This document shows, one piece after another, positions 9,798 through 18,293 of a stretch of 64,000 bases of DNA. A program made the translations under genes and the position numbers. Positions within the stretch are counted from its first letter, which is position 1. Every line of letters begins with the position of its first letter. The stretch lies in IMG/VR virus record IMGVR_UViG_3300027815_000006, positions 28,389 through 92,388 of that record. The stretch is one strand, 5' to 3'. The notes under the pieces were generated by a model. The model searched no databases, was not told where the DNA came from, and saw only the letters and a program-made list of their open reading frames with translations. Origin of the DNA: a virus.

Positions 9798-10198
9798 CGC
9801 GGAGGCGTCTGCTTGACTCCCTCGGGATGCTCCGCACACCAGTGCTCCCCGAGGAAGGTCACGCCCCCCGGCAGGAAGGACAGCGTGGCCACGGCCTGCG
9901 CGACCTTCACGAAGGCGGCGGCACTCTCCCCGCGCTTCCCGCGGTAGAGGAACACGTCCCCCTTGGAGGCGATGTAGGACGCCAGCTCCGGGGCCGACTC
10001 CTGGAGAGCGCTCCAGGGAAGACTACGTAGACGCCCCTGCTCGATGAGCACGGCGGTGTACAGGAGGCCACGCGCCAGCTCCAGCGTGAGCGCCATGGCC
10101 CCTTCCGCGGTAAACGGAGGACCACCCCCGCCGCACCGAGGACACCGGACCGTACGGTCCGAGGACACGGACTCCGATGCGGAGGGGGTGTCAGCCAT
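9794..10198 (-). CDS. Hypothetical protein
   Basis: 134 aa, CPRC motif, coupled to the BtpA-like gene. Confidence 0.6.
   Translation of the reverse strand: MADTPSASESVSSDRTVRCPRCGGGGPPFTAEGAMALTLELARGLLYTAVLIEQGRLRSLPWSALQESAPELASYIASKGDVFLYRGKRGESAAAFVKVAQAVATLSFLPGGVTFLGEHWCAEHPEGVKQTPPR
10147..10160. repeat. Dispersed palindrome GGACCGTACGGTCC
   Basis: Perfect copy, intragenic. Confidence 0.95.
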
Positions 10199-10886
10199 GG
10201 ACGATCTCTACCAGAGCCCGGGTGCGGATGGGATCCAGGACCCCCCACCGCCGCTCGATCCCCGTCGCCACCAAGTAGAGGCTCACGAAGGGGAGGGTTG
10301 CGGGCGCGTTCTCCGGGGTGACCCCGGAGGCCAAACCCAGCGGGACCAACCCCTCCAGCGCGCCGTGGATGCGCTTGATCTTCTCCACCGACGCCGCCCG
10401 CCCCGTCCCGGGCCCGGAGGTGGTCACCACGTCCATGTACTGCGCAGCGATCTTCGTCGCCATCACCTCCCCCTCTGGAGGTAGCGTACGGTGCGTCTTG
10501 AAGGCACACCCGCCCGCCCAGGGCTTCGTGCGCCCCCGGAGGTACGCCGGAAGCTCCATCCGCCCAGACCCGGGGTTCTGAAGCGACACGATGGACTCGT
10601 CCGTCCACACGAGGTCCACGTCCGCGTGGGCGAACGCCACGTCGTTGCCCCCGAGCGGGTTCACCCCGACCACGAAGGGCCCGGGGAAGGTCTTGCGCAC
10701 CCACCCCGCGAGCACGAGAACATCGTGGAGAGAGGCCCCCTGGGTGATGAGGCACACCCCGTCGGCGCCGCTCTCCGCGGCGACTCCGATAGAGTCCCTA
10801 GCACTGCCAGGGGATGCGTGGTGAATGACAGGCAGGATCGCCCGTCCACCTGGGAACTTGCTGGGATCGAAGAGCATGATGGACAT
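10191..10886 (-). CDS. BtpA/SgcQ-family TIM-barrel protein
   Basis: ILPVIH, GADGVCLI, VGVN, TTSGPGTG, LASGVTPEN and LVATGI motifs of the phosphate-binding TIM barrel. Confidence 0.75.
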   Translation of the reverse strand: MSIMLFDPSKFPGGRAILPVIHHASPGSARDSIGVAAESGADGVCLITQGASLHDVLVLAGWVRKTFPGPFVVGVNPLGGNDVAFAHADVDLVWTDESIVSLQNPGSGRMELPAYLRGRTKPWAGGCAFKTHRTLPPEGEVMATKIAAQYMDVVTTSGPGTGRAASVEKIKRIHGALEGLVPLGLASGVTPENAPATLPFVSLYLVATGIERRWGVLDPIRTRALVEIVHG

Positions 10887-10887
10887 C

Positions 10888-11202
10888 TCAGGTGTGGTCG
10901 GTGAAGGCGCCGCGCTTCTGCGCGTCATTGCGCACGCGGTCGGCGGCGTCGTAGAGCTCGAAGGCGAGCGAGGAGAGGGGCGTGAGCGCGACGGGCGTGA
11001 CCGTCACCACCGTGTGGAGCGTAGCGGGCACAGCCGCCTGCACTTCCGCCGCGTCGGACGCGACCACCACGAACGTAGAACCCCCCTGGAGAGACACAGA
11101 GAACAACATCGGAACCTCCTCGCGCATCCTGGCGATGTCACACAACTGCGCGGGATTGTGGGACAGCGGGCGCCGCCCGCAAACGAAACCGAACCCCATC
11201 AC
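10888..11202 (-). CDS. Hypothetical protein
   Basis: GTGA coupling to the upstream gene; alternative start at 11109. Confidence 0.5.
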   Translation of the reverse strand: MMGFGFVCGRRPLSHNPAQLCDIARMREEVPMLFSVSLQGGSTFVVVASDAAEVQAAVPATLHTVVTVTPVALTPLSSLAFELYDAADRVRNDAQKRGAFTDHT

Positions 11203-11465
11203 AGATAGCTGACGAAGGTCAGGATCTCCTCCTTGAGGCCGCTAAGGGCCCCATGGATCTCCCCCGGAGTCCACCCCTCCCCGCAGAGAACCTCCGCGTA
11301 CTCCGCCTCGTCCCACACACACTTCCCCGAGGCGATCTCCAGTCCCTCGATCTCCTGCGTGGCGCGAGAGACCCACGCCGCCATCCGAACGTAGCCCCCG
11401 AAGGGCATGTGACGGGCGGAGGCGATGAGAACCCGGGTGTGCGTGGCCTTGCTGGGCGTGGTCAT
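11199..11465 (-). CDS. Hypothetical early protein (88 aa)
   Basis: MTTPSKAT start follows the repeated promoter/leader and GAAGGA SD; the upstream part of the track ORF is promoter sequence. Confidence 0.65.
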   Translation of the reverse strand: MTTPSKATHTRVLIASARHMPFGGYVRMAAWVSRATQEIEGLEIASGKCVWDEAEYAEVLCGEGWTPGEIHGALSGLKEEILTFVSYL

Positions 11466-11475
11466 GGGGAGAGTC

Positions 11476-11557
11476 CTTCCGCGGAGGCTTCGTTGCCTCC
11501 GTGAACAACAACATAGCAACGCTTTTGCGATTGGCAAGGGGGGTTCTGTACGAATTC
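11476..11557 (-). promoter_or_regulatory. Repeated strong promoter plus leader hairpin, copy 1
   Basis: TTGCCA(11532-37)-N16-TATGTT(11510-15) with extended TG, then GGAGGC-AACGAA-GCCTCC and SD. Confidence 0.85.
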
Positions 11558-11590
11558 GAGGATTGTGCTTGGAATCCGGGGAATGGGTGA

Positions 11591-11671
11591 AATCGTACGG
11601 GAGGGGGTTGCCAATGCCTAAAGCGTTGCTATGTTGTTGCTCACGGGGGCAACGAAGCCTCCGCGGAAGGA
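11591..11671 (+). promoter_or_regulatory. Repeated strong promoter plus leader hairpin, copy 2 (divergent from copy 1)
   Basis: TTGCCA(11608-13)-N16-TATGTT(11630-35), GGGGGC-AACGAA-GCCTCC, GGAAGGA SD. Confidence 0.85.
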
Positions 11672-11679
11672 TCCTCACC

Positions 11680-12039
11680 ATGAGCACCACCCATACGGTT
11701 CCCCAGGATACGGACGAGGGCGTGGAGGTTTCGATGCGCCAGTACGATCCGTACTGCGTGCACAAGGTCGCCGTGGGCCTGACGGCGAAGGGGAAGACCC
11801 GGTTCGTGTACCGGATGAGCGTGGCCCCCGCGCGGTGGGAAAAGCGCGTGCACGTCGTGACAGCGCTCTCCGCGAAGGCCGCGCGGGAGATTGCGGCGCA
11901 GACGCGCGCCGATGCCGCGGCCCTCCGCACAGCCAGGGTCAAGGCGGCCTATCAGGCTGCGCAGTCCGGGAACACCGCGGGCTTCACGGACGTGGAAGTC
12001 CTCACGGGCATCCTCGCCCACGAGAACTTCGAGCAATGA
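11680..12039 (+). CDS. Hypothetical early protein
   Basis: MSTTHTVP start after promoter copy 2. Confidence 0.65.
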   Translation: MSTTHTVPQDTDEGVEVSMRQYDPYCVHKVAVGLTAKGKTRFVYRMSVAPARWEKRVHVVTALSAKAAREIAAQTRADAAALRTARVKAAYQAAQSGNTAGFTDVEVLTGILAHENFEQ

Positions 12040-12710
12040 GCATCGACACCCGTGCCCCCACCACCCGCCCATACTGGCTCGCAGACCAGCCCGATGAAGT
12101 ACCCGCCGACCTCTTCTTCGCGCGGTTTCTGGTGAGCCTCTACCGCCCCGTGTTGAGCGGGGAGACAAACCCCTACGGGCGCACACCGTGGGACATCAAC
12201 CCCACGGACGACAGATACCCCCAGGAGATCATCAAGGGGATGGGGCTGCACGACCGCAGCATCCCGTGGCTAGGGCATGTGCGTGAGTACCCGAACGCCC
12301 CCGCGACCCCCGCGCTCTGTGTGTCGCGGGGCACGCACAGGATACTGCCCGACGCACCGAGCGAGCTTTTCCCAGACTCGGCCCCCATGCCCTACATGGT
12401 GCGACGCCTGCGCTACATCCCCAGAATCAAACGCCGCGACAACCGCAGGTGGGCGCCCGATGCGTGGAGCCTGTGTTTCGCCGTCTCGCTGGAGGAGCTA
12501 TACAGCCGGGCAACGGGAATCTCAGGAGCCTACGAAATCAAGCCCGTGTTCGCAGGAGGAGAGTACGGTCTCCTACGCAAGGAGGGGGATGGCACGCAGA
12601 AGTTCACCCCCATGCCCCAGGTGCGCGCCCTCGACTACATGAACGCCATGAGCGAGTTCCCCTCGATGGAGGCGCCTATGTATGATCGAAGTACCCTCCG
12701 GGGCGTCTGA
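12036..12710 (+). CDS. Hypothetical protein
   Basis: MSIDTRAP start with ATGA coupling; aromatic-rich globular sequence. Confidence 0.65.
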   Translation: MSIDTRAPTTRPYWLADQPDEVPADLFFARFLVSLYRPVLSGETNPYGRTPWDINPTDDRYPQEIIKGMGLHDRSIPWLGHVREYPNAPATPALCVSRGTHRILPDAPSELFPDSAPMPYMVRRLRYIPRIKRRDNRRWAPDAWSLCFAVSLEELYSRATGISGAYEIKPVFAGGEYGLLRKEGDGTQKFTPMPQVRALDYMNAMSEFPSMEAPMYDRSTLRGV

Positions 12711-12740
12711 GGGGAGCGCAGCGCCCCCGATGAGAAAACC

Positions 12741-12754
12741 GGACCATACGGTCC
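12741..12754. repeat. Palindrome variant GGACCATACGGTCC
   Basis: One mismatch, intergenic. Confidence 0.85.
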
Positions 12755-12800
12755 GTCCCTCCCAGCTACCCGAGGACCCCAGAAACCCAACACTCCCTCC

Positions 12801-13292
12801 ATGAATCCCGAAGACCTGGAGAAGCTCAAGCAAACCGTCGATGTGCTGGCGCGCGTCTTCACGGCCATGGCGAACTCCCGGGCTCACCAGCTCGCCGCGG
12901 CCTCCCTCCATCTCCAGCACCACGCCCGAACCCTCCTGACCCCCGGAACGCCGCGCGCCGTCGTCACCCGCGCCACGGTCGCCAACCTCTTCGGCGCCGC
13001 GGCCTTCCTCCTCGAACTCCCCGACGAAGACGCTACCTGGGAGGCCGTTTCCGGAGAAGCCGCGGCGCTCCAGGAAACCCTGAAGTCCTCCGTCGAGGAA
13101 GCCGCGGCGCTGGGCCTGGAAGACTTCCCCTTCCACGCCGCCCTCAGTCGCACGACCGCACACCTTGCCCTGGCGGGCTTCCTCCCCCCGCACCTCCCCG
13201 AGGATATGTCCATGGAGGCGCGACACCGAGAGCTCCGAGCTGCCCTCCCGCCCCTCGCGCTCCTGTTCACCCTCGCCCAGGAACCCCCGTGA
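12801..13292 (+). CDS. Hypothetical helical protein
   Basis: 163 aa, protein-like composition. Confidence 0.6.
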   Translation: MNPEDLEKLKQTVDVLARVFTAMANSRAHQLAAASLHLQHHARTLLTPGTPRAVVTRATVANLFGAAAFLLELPDEDATWEAVSGEAAALQETLKSSVEEAAALGLEDFPFHAALSRTTAHLALAGFLPPHLPEDMSMEARHRELRAALPPLALLFTLAQEPP

Positions 13293-13326
13293 TCTCCAGC
13301 GCCCTCGGGTGCCTCAAGGCGTGACT

Positions 13327-13340
13327 GGACCGTACGGTCC
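13327..13340. repeat. Dispersed palindrome GGACCGTACGGTCC
   Basis: Perfect, extends to 20 bp (ACT..AGT), between convergent genes. Confidence 0.95.
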
Positions 13341-13348
13341 AGTGACCG

Positions 13349-13801
13349 CTACAGGGTGCCCTTGAGCCACGCCTGGAGCCCGTCCCGGACAGCCTTGTAG
13401 GCTTCCTCGGGCGTCTTCCCCTCGGTGCCCACCTTGAAGTCCCGGAGCTGCGTCGCATTGGTGACCCCAGTGGGGCTGCGCTCCATGGTGCTTCCGTCCA
13501 CGCGGCCATCGATGAGCCACAGCTCCGCGTACCCGAAACCCTCCGGGTCCGGCTTCGAGCCCGAGTAGTCCGCAGGCCGCTCCCCCCACCGGATGTAAAA
13601 CTGCCGCCGGAAGGACTGCTTCCCGGTCCCCCTGGAGGTCATCTTCACCGCCGTGGGCTTCGGGTTCAGCTCCTTCTTGAGGCGCGGAAGGAGTTTGGCC
13701 AGTGCGCCGTTGAACTCGTCCGCAGAGCCGGGGGCCGCTTCCTCCCACAGATGACGCCCGGAACACGCCCCGGCACAGTCAGAGTTCCAACACGCACGCA
13801 A
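13349..13801 (-). CDS. Hypothetical protein, possible internal head protein (start uncertain)
   Basis: Only the C-terminal ~150 aa of track ORF 13349..14110 looks globular; LWEEA near its start. Confidence 0.55.
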   Translation of the reverse strand: MRACWNSDCAGACSGRHLWEEAAPGSADEFNGALAKLLPRLKKELNPKPTAVKMTSRGTGKQSFRRQFYIRWGERPADYSGSKPDPEGFGYAELWLIDGRVDGSTMERSPTGVTNATQLRDFKVGTEGKTPEEAYKAVRDGLQAWLKGTL

Positions 13802-15086
13802 CCCCACCCGACGAACGCCTAGTCCGCGCGTAGCAGGCGTCACACTGTCCCTTCCGGAACGCGGGCCTGCCGCAAGCGCAGACCCCCGAAGAGTGCCGCT
13901 GATACTTGGGGTCCGCCCGCCGCTCCGCGGAGAGACATGTGCCGCACTTCCCCCGCGCCTGCACGGGATTCCCCCGCCCGCAGGGACAGACCGTACCTTC
14001 CCCGGTCCTCCGCGGCCTGGAAGCGTAGAAGCACGCCACGCAGAATCCCTTCTTCTTCGCCTCCGCCCCGCACGGACAACGCGCAGGAGCGACAGAGGGC
14101 GCGAGCACAACAGGCGCTACAGGCTCCTGCCCCCGCAGAGGCCTCCCGCGCCGCTGGCGCTCGTAGCACGCATCACAGAGGCCCTTGCGGTAGGCTGTGG
14201 CCCCGCACTGACACGCCCCCTGCACAGGCCGCCGATACCCCGGCTGGTGAATGCGCTCGGCGGAGAGGCAGGACCCACACAGCCCCTTCGCCCACACCTC
14301 CCGTGTGCAGCCCTCCGTCCCGCACACCGTCCCAGGCCCCGTCGTGTGTGTCTGCGTCGCCTCCCAGCACGCCCGACAGAGCCCCGACGCGGTGTACCTC
14401 GGGTTCCCGCAGGCGCAGGGTGTTTCCACGGCCTCCTGGAGCGCGCACATCTCGTGATAGCCCCCCATCCGATCTTCATTCCGGATGTGCTCGGGCGCGT
14501 CCTTGTAGAGCCAGTCCGCGAACTTCTGTGCGAGCGCCCCCGTGTAGGAAAGCTGAACCCGAACGTTCCCCGACTGGGGAACCACCGTCCGGTTGAGCTT
14601 CGGAACTGGGATCCCAAGCGCCTTCTCGATCTCCAACCCCAGGCGCTCCACGAAGGGCACGGCAATGGAGGTGTAGACCAAGGACCGCTGCTTGTTCCCC
14701 CGCGTCCTGGTCTTCTGGACGTAAATGCACCCGTCTGAGTCCCAGAGCCCCCGAATGAAGTGCGGTAGACACGCCTTCGGAAGATCCTCCGGCCACCGGA
14801 GCTTGTCTGACTTCTTCCCCCTGTACCCGTGGACCTGGAGCATCCAGTCAGACAGCGCCCGGGACCGCACAACCGCCACGAAGGCCCCCGGCGCGTGTTT
14901 GTGCTCGTAGAACGGGCGAGTGTCGTCCGTGATGAGTGCCCGCCACCGCGTGATGGTGGAGATAGCACCCGTGCACTGGAGAAGATACCCCGAAGAGGGA
15001 GCACACCCGTCGCCCAAGAAGATGCCGTGCCACCACGCCCGCTCGGGAGACCACGTTTGTAGGAGCTTCCAGTTGATGTTTGCCAT
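13779..15086 (-). CDS. LAGLIDADG endonuclease-domain protein with six Cys-rich zinc repeats
   Basis: Two LAGLIDADG-like motifs (WHGIFLGDG, FIRGLWDSDG) and six CxC..(K/S/R)GxCxxC repeats. Confidence 0.8.
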   Translation of the reverse strand: MANINWKLLQTWSPERAWWHGIFLGDGCAPSSGYLLQCTGAISTITRWRALITDDTRPFYEHKHAPGAFVAVVRSRALSDWMLQVHGYRGKKSDKLRWPEDLPKACLPHFIRGLWDSDGCIYVQKTRTRGNKQRSLVYTSIAVPFVERLGLEIEKALGIPVPKLNRTVVPQSGNVRVQLSYTGALAQKFADWLYKDAPEHIRNEDRMGGYHEMCALQEAVETPCACGNPRYTASGLCRACWEATQTHTTGPGTVCGTEGCTREVWAKGLCGSCLSAERIHQPGYRRPVQGACQCGATAYRKGLCDACYERQRRGRPLRGQEPVAPVVLAPSVAPARCPCGAEAKKKGFCVACFYASRPRRTGEGTVCPCGRGNPVQARGKCGTCLSAERRADPKYQRHSSGVCACGRPAFRKGQCDACYARTRRSSGGVACVLEL

Positions 15087-15111
15087 GCCACACAGCATAG
15101 CAGGTGCGACT

Positions 15112-15137
15112 AATTAGTGCGAATTCTCGCACTAATT
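15112..15137. terminator. AT-rich inverted repeat after the major capsid gene (terminator or operator)
   Basis: AATTAGTGCGA-attc-TCGCACTAATT. Confidence 0.55.
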
Positions 15138-15138
15138 T

Positions 15139-16641
15139 TCACAAGTTGAGCAAACGCAGCTGGGCGTAGTACGAGCTGCGCACCAACTTCTGCGCGTACC
15201 GAGTGCGGACGCCCTTGCGGAGCGACTGGTCGCTCGGGTCGTAGAAGGTGGGGGTGAACTGGATGGGGATGTACGGGGCGTAGACGAAGCCCGCGTCGAG
15301 GAAGTCGGGGCCCTTGAGGCCGAGGACCATGAAGTCCCTGGAGAAGAAGGGGTCCTCGTAGAGGGACCACTTGTTCTTGAGGAGGCCGAGGCGGGCGATG
15401 CCGAACTGGCCGTGCTGGGTGATGGGGCGCCCCATGTCCATCGGGGTCGAGAGGAGGGGCTGCCCGTCGGGGACGAAGACGCCGCGGTAGTCCGCGTGGC
15501 TGGCGAACTGGTCGACGAGGGCACCGACCTCCACGGAGGTGATGGCGAAGTTCGCCGGGGCGCGCAGGGTCTTCTTGTGCACCTGCCCGGAGAGGGAGCT
15601 CATCACGGTGAAGATGGAGCGCAGGTGGTCGATCTCGGGGACGCCGCCCGGAGGCGCGCGGTCCCACACGTCCGCCGTCTCCACGCTGGCCTTGAAGATC
15701 TCGTTGATGATGCCGCGGTCGATCTCCAGCCCGAACTGGAGGGCGAGGTTGGACACCACGGTGGCGTCGGCGTCGAGGCCGTGGAGCGCCTTGAGGTCCT
15801 CCACCGCGTCCTGGGAGGTGAGGGCCTTCGCGCGCCGCGCCTTCGGCGTCACCGGGGCGCTCTTGATGTCGAAGTTCATCTCCGGGATCGCGGTGTTGAG
15901 CTCGGAGTCGTAGTAGTAGAACGCCCGGATGGGGTTCCCGTTGGCGGGGATGTTCTGGAACTTGAAGCCCGTGAGCCCGCCGTTGGAGTAGTTGATCGTG
16001 CCCGCCACGGAACCGCCCGTGGGCACGAAGGTGAAGCCGCCCACGCCGTCGTCCGTGGCCTCCTGCACCACGGCGCCCGTGGTGGCGTTGATCTCCCGGA
16101 TGAGGACCTTGTAGCCCTCCCCGGCGTTGAGCGGACGGACCGGCGCCCAGGCAAGCATTCCGGCCAGCGCCGTGCCGCCACCACCGAAGGCGGCCCCATC
16201 CCCGACGTTGAGGATCTCGCCGTTGATGTACTCAGACGTGTAGTCCGGGTCGAAGTCCTTGGGGAAGATGTTCCCGCGGGTGGTCGGGCCCTTGGTGGAG
16301 CCGTACTGCCAGTCGTAGTAGAACACCGCGCCCACGGGCCCGGTGAGCGGCTGCACGCTCACGACCTCCGGGGCGATGAGGTTCGGCACCATGCGCAGGA
16401 GCAGCGGGAAGAGGCTCTTGGTGTACGGGCCGACGTTGATCGCCCGGACCTCCTCCGAGAGGCTCCGCAGGTAGCGGGCCTGATTCTCAACGAGCATGGC
16501 CGTGACGGCCACCCGGTACCGATCCGCCTCGGTGCGCATCGGGAGCCCGCTCAGGAGCTCGCTCCACTTCTCCACCACCCGCTCTACCAGGGTCGCGTTC
16601 CCGATCCCCGAGAGGCCCTCGATCATCTGTCGTGCTTCCAT
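15139..16641 (-). CDS. Major capsid protein (T4 gp23-like)
   Basis: PNLIAPEVVSVQPLTGPVGAVFY, ARRAKA...EDLKALHGLDA, EIDRGII, DAGFVYAPYIP, GVRTRYA. Confidence 0.96.
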   Translation of the reverse strand: MEARQMIEGLSGIGNATLVERVVEKWSELLSGLPMRTEADRYRVAVTAMLVENQARYLRSLSEEVRAINVGPYTKSLFPLLLRMVPNLIAPEVVSVQPLTGPVGAVFYYDWQYGSTKGPTTRGNIFPKDFDPDYTSEYINGEILNVGDGAAFGGGGTALAGMLAWAPVRPLNAGEGYKVLIREINATTGAVVQEATDDGVGGFTFVPTGGSVAGTINYSNGGLTGFKFQNIPANGNPIRAFYYYDSELNTAIPEMNFDIKSAPVTPKARRAKALTSQDAVEDLKALHGLDADATVVSNLALQFGLEIDRGIINEIFKASVETADVWDRAPPGGVPEIDHLRSIFTVMSSLSGQVHKKTLRAPANFAITSVEVGALVDQFASHADYRGVFVPDGQPLLSTPMDMGRPITQHGQFGIARLGLLKNKWSLYEDPFFSRDFMVLGLKGPDFLDAGFVYAPYIPIQFTPTFYDPSDQSLRKGVRTRYAQKLVRSSYYAQLRLLNL

Positions 16642-16698
16642 GTCCTTGTCCTCGTCCGGCTTGTGCCTGTGTACCCGCGCCCGTGCGCTGTGTCCCTG

Positions 16699-18117
16699 CT
16701 ACTTCATACCCGCCATGCGGCGAACATCCGTGAGCGAAATCCCCAGCCCGTTGTAGTCCCCGCGGCTCCCGTTGGCGCTGGAACTGTCCCCGCGGACCAC
16801 GCCGCGCCCGATGGTCTGGCGCATACGCTCCGTGAGGTCCGAGGAGAGCGCGGGCTGGCCTGCGTCGAACTCCTCCACGATGGCGTCCACCGCCTCCACC
16901 GTCTGTGGATCGGCGGCCTGAAGCACCCTCCGCAGACGCTCCTCCCTCGGATGCCGCCCGAGAACCCGCTCCATGTGGATCTCCACCTGGGACCGCGACC
17001 GCTCCGTCCGAGTAGAGGAGAGCTTCGCACGGAGGGTCTTGTTCTCCTCCTCCAGCGTCCGCTCCCGCTCCACCCTGGCGGCCTCCACGATCTCGTGCCG
17101 AAGCTCATCGAAGCGCGCCCGGAAGTCGTCCGCCGTGGGGAACTGCGCAAGATCCCCCAGCGCCTCGAAGACCGCAGCACGCTCCGCCTCGGGCACCGAA
17201 GTCACCACGAAGTGCTCGTAGACCAACGTCCGGTAGCTGTCCGACACCGCCCGAAGCTCCCGCTCCGTGGTCTGGAGCTTCTCCGTGACCTGAAGCGCCT
17301 CGGCCTGCTTGGTATCCACCACCCGCTGATAGTCCGTCGGGAGGAAGGTTGGGGCGAGAAGCTGCCGGAAGGACGTGAGCGTCGCCAACGCCTCGAAGGC
17401 GAGCTTCGCCTCCCCACGGACCCGCTCCGTGACCTCATGGTCCACCCGCTCCACCAACTCGGTGAGCTCTTCGGTGAGCTTCGCGCGGAGAACCGCCTCC
17501 GTCTCCGCCGCACCCCTCGCCGCGCCCCGACGCTCCGCTTCCTCCAGGAGAGAAGCCTCCAGCGGCCCCTCGTTCGGGGTGCCCGCCCGCTGCACGCTCT
17601 CCTGAACCATCTGGGGGTAGGCGTTCTTGTCCGCCGGATCGATCACGAAGTCGAATGTCACGAGTCGGTAGTCGTCCGACACCTTCTCGTTCACGTCCCC
17701 CTCGATGGCCATGGTGGTCCCGTACCCCCGGGAGGACACCCCGACCTCGCAGCCAGCCTTGAGGATCTCCGCGAGGTTGCGCCCGCAGTCGGTGTTGAGG
17801 ATCTCTGCCTCCCCCTCCACCACCCCGTCCTCCCGGAGCCGGAGCCCCGTGACGACGTGGGAGACGTGCTTCAGGGAGCCCTCCCCGTCCTTGGGATGGT
17901 CGGCCTCACCCAGGACCCGGCGACGCTTCACGTCCTCCTGGATCTTGGACACCTCCCGCTTGAGGAGCGCACGCTCGTAGACGCGCTTGTTCCCCGTTGG
18001 ACGGTCCGCCGCGGCAAACTCCCCACGGACGACCAGCCGCCCGTTGCGAGACTGCTTCTCGTCAATGGTCAGCTTCGTGTTGATCCGCTCCGTGAGTAGC
18101 TTCAGTACCGTCGCCAT
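16699..18117 (-). CDS. Prohead protease (T4 gp21-like) fused to a coiled-coil scaffold region
   Basis: NKRVY, LGEADHP, VSHVV, GVSSRGYG, DFVIDPA motifs; long E/R helical C-terminus; likely start MATVLKLLTE. Confidence 0.92.
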   Translation of the reverse strand: MATVLKLLTERINTKLTIDEKQSRNGRLVVRGEFAAADRPTGNKRVYERALLKREVSKIQEDVKRRRVLGEADHPKDGEGSLKHVSHVVTGLRLREDGVVEGEAEILNTDCGRNLAEILKAGCEVGVSSRGYGTTMAIEGDVNEKVSDDYRLVTFDFVIDPADKNAYPQMVQESVQRAGTPNEGPLEASLLEEAERRGAARGAAETEAVLRAKLTEELTELVERVDHEVTERVRGEAKLAFEALATLTSFRQLLAPTFLPTDYQRVVDTKQAEALQVTEKLQTTERELRAVSDSYRTLVYEHFVVTSVPEAERAAVFEALGDLAQFPTADDFRARFDELRHEIVEAARVERERTLEEENKTLRAKLSSTRTERSRSQVEIHMERVLGRHPREERLRRVLQAADPQTVEAVDAIVEEFDAGQPALSSDLTERMRQTIGRGVVRGDSSSANGSRGDYNGLGISLTDVRRMAGMK

Positions 18118-18293
18118 GATTTCCCCTTGAACGGGCTCGCCGTGCCCAGCACGGATACCGACTTCTTCTTGACCTTTCGGGTGGGCTTGCCGAATCGAAA
18201 ATCCCGCTTGTCCCACCCGATCATCTCCTTACGCCCGGAAGCGTAGGCCGTGCGCCGGTACCGCCACGCTTCCGCGGCGACCGGCGCCGTCAT
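18102..18293 (-). CDS. Small basic protein
   Basis: 63 aa, K/R-rich, ATGA-coupled in the head operon. Confidence 0.5.
   Translation of the reverse strand: MTAPVAAEAWRYRRTAYASGRKEMIGWDKRDFRFGKPTRKVKKKSVSVLGTASPFKGKSWRRY

Noticed and set aside
11199-12039. Overlapping antiparallel ORFs sharing the peptide AKALLCCCSR
   Set aside because: Translation artefact of the repeated promoter unit; true starts are 11465 and 11680.
15412-18099. 895-aa plus-strand ORF and many other long overlapping ORFs (e.g. 44..1078, 7444..9189, 32526..34265, 51668..53134)
   Set aside because: Antisense or off-frame shadows of real genes in high-GC DNA; R/G/P-rich with no motifs.
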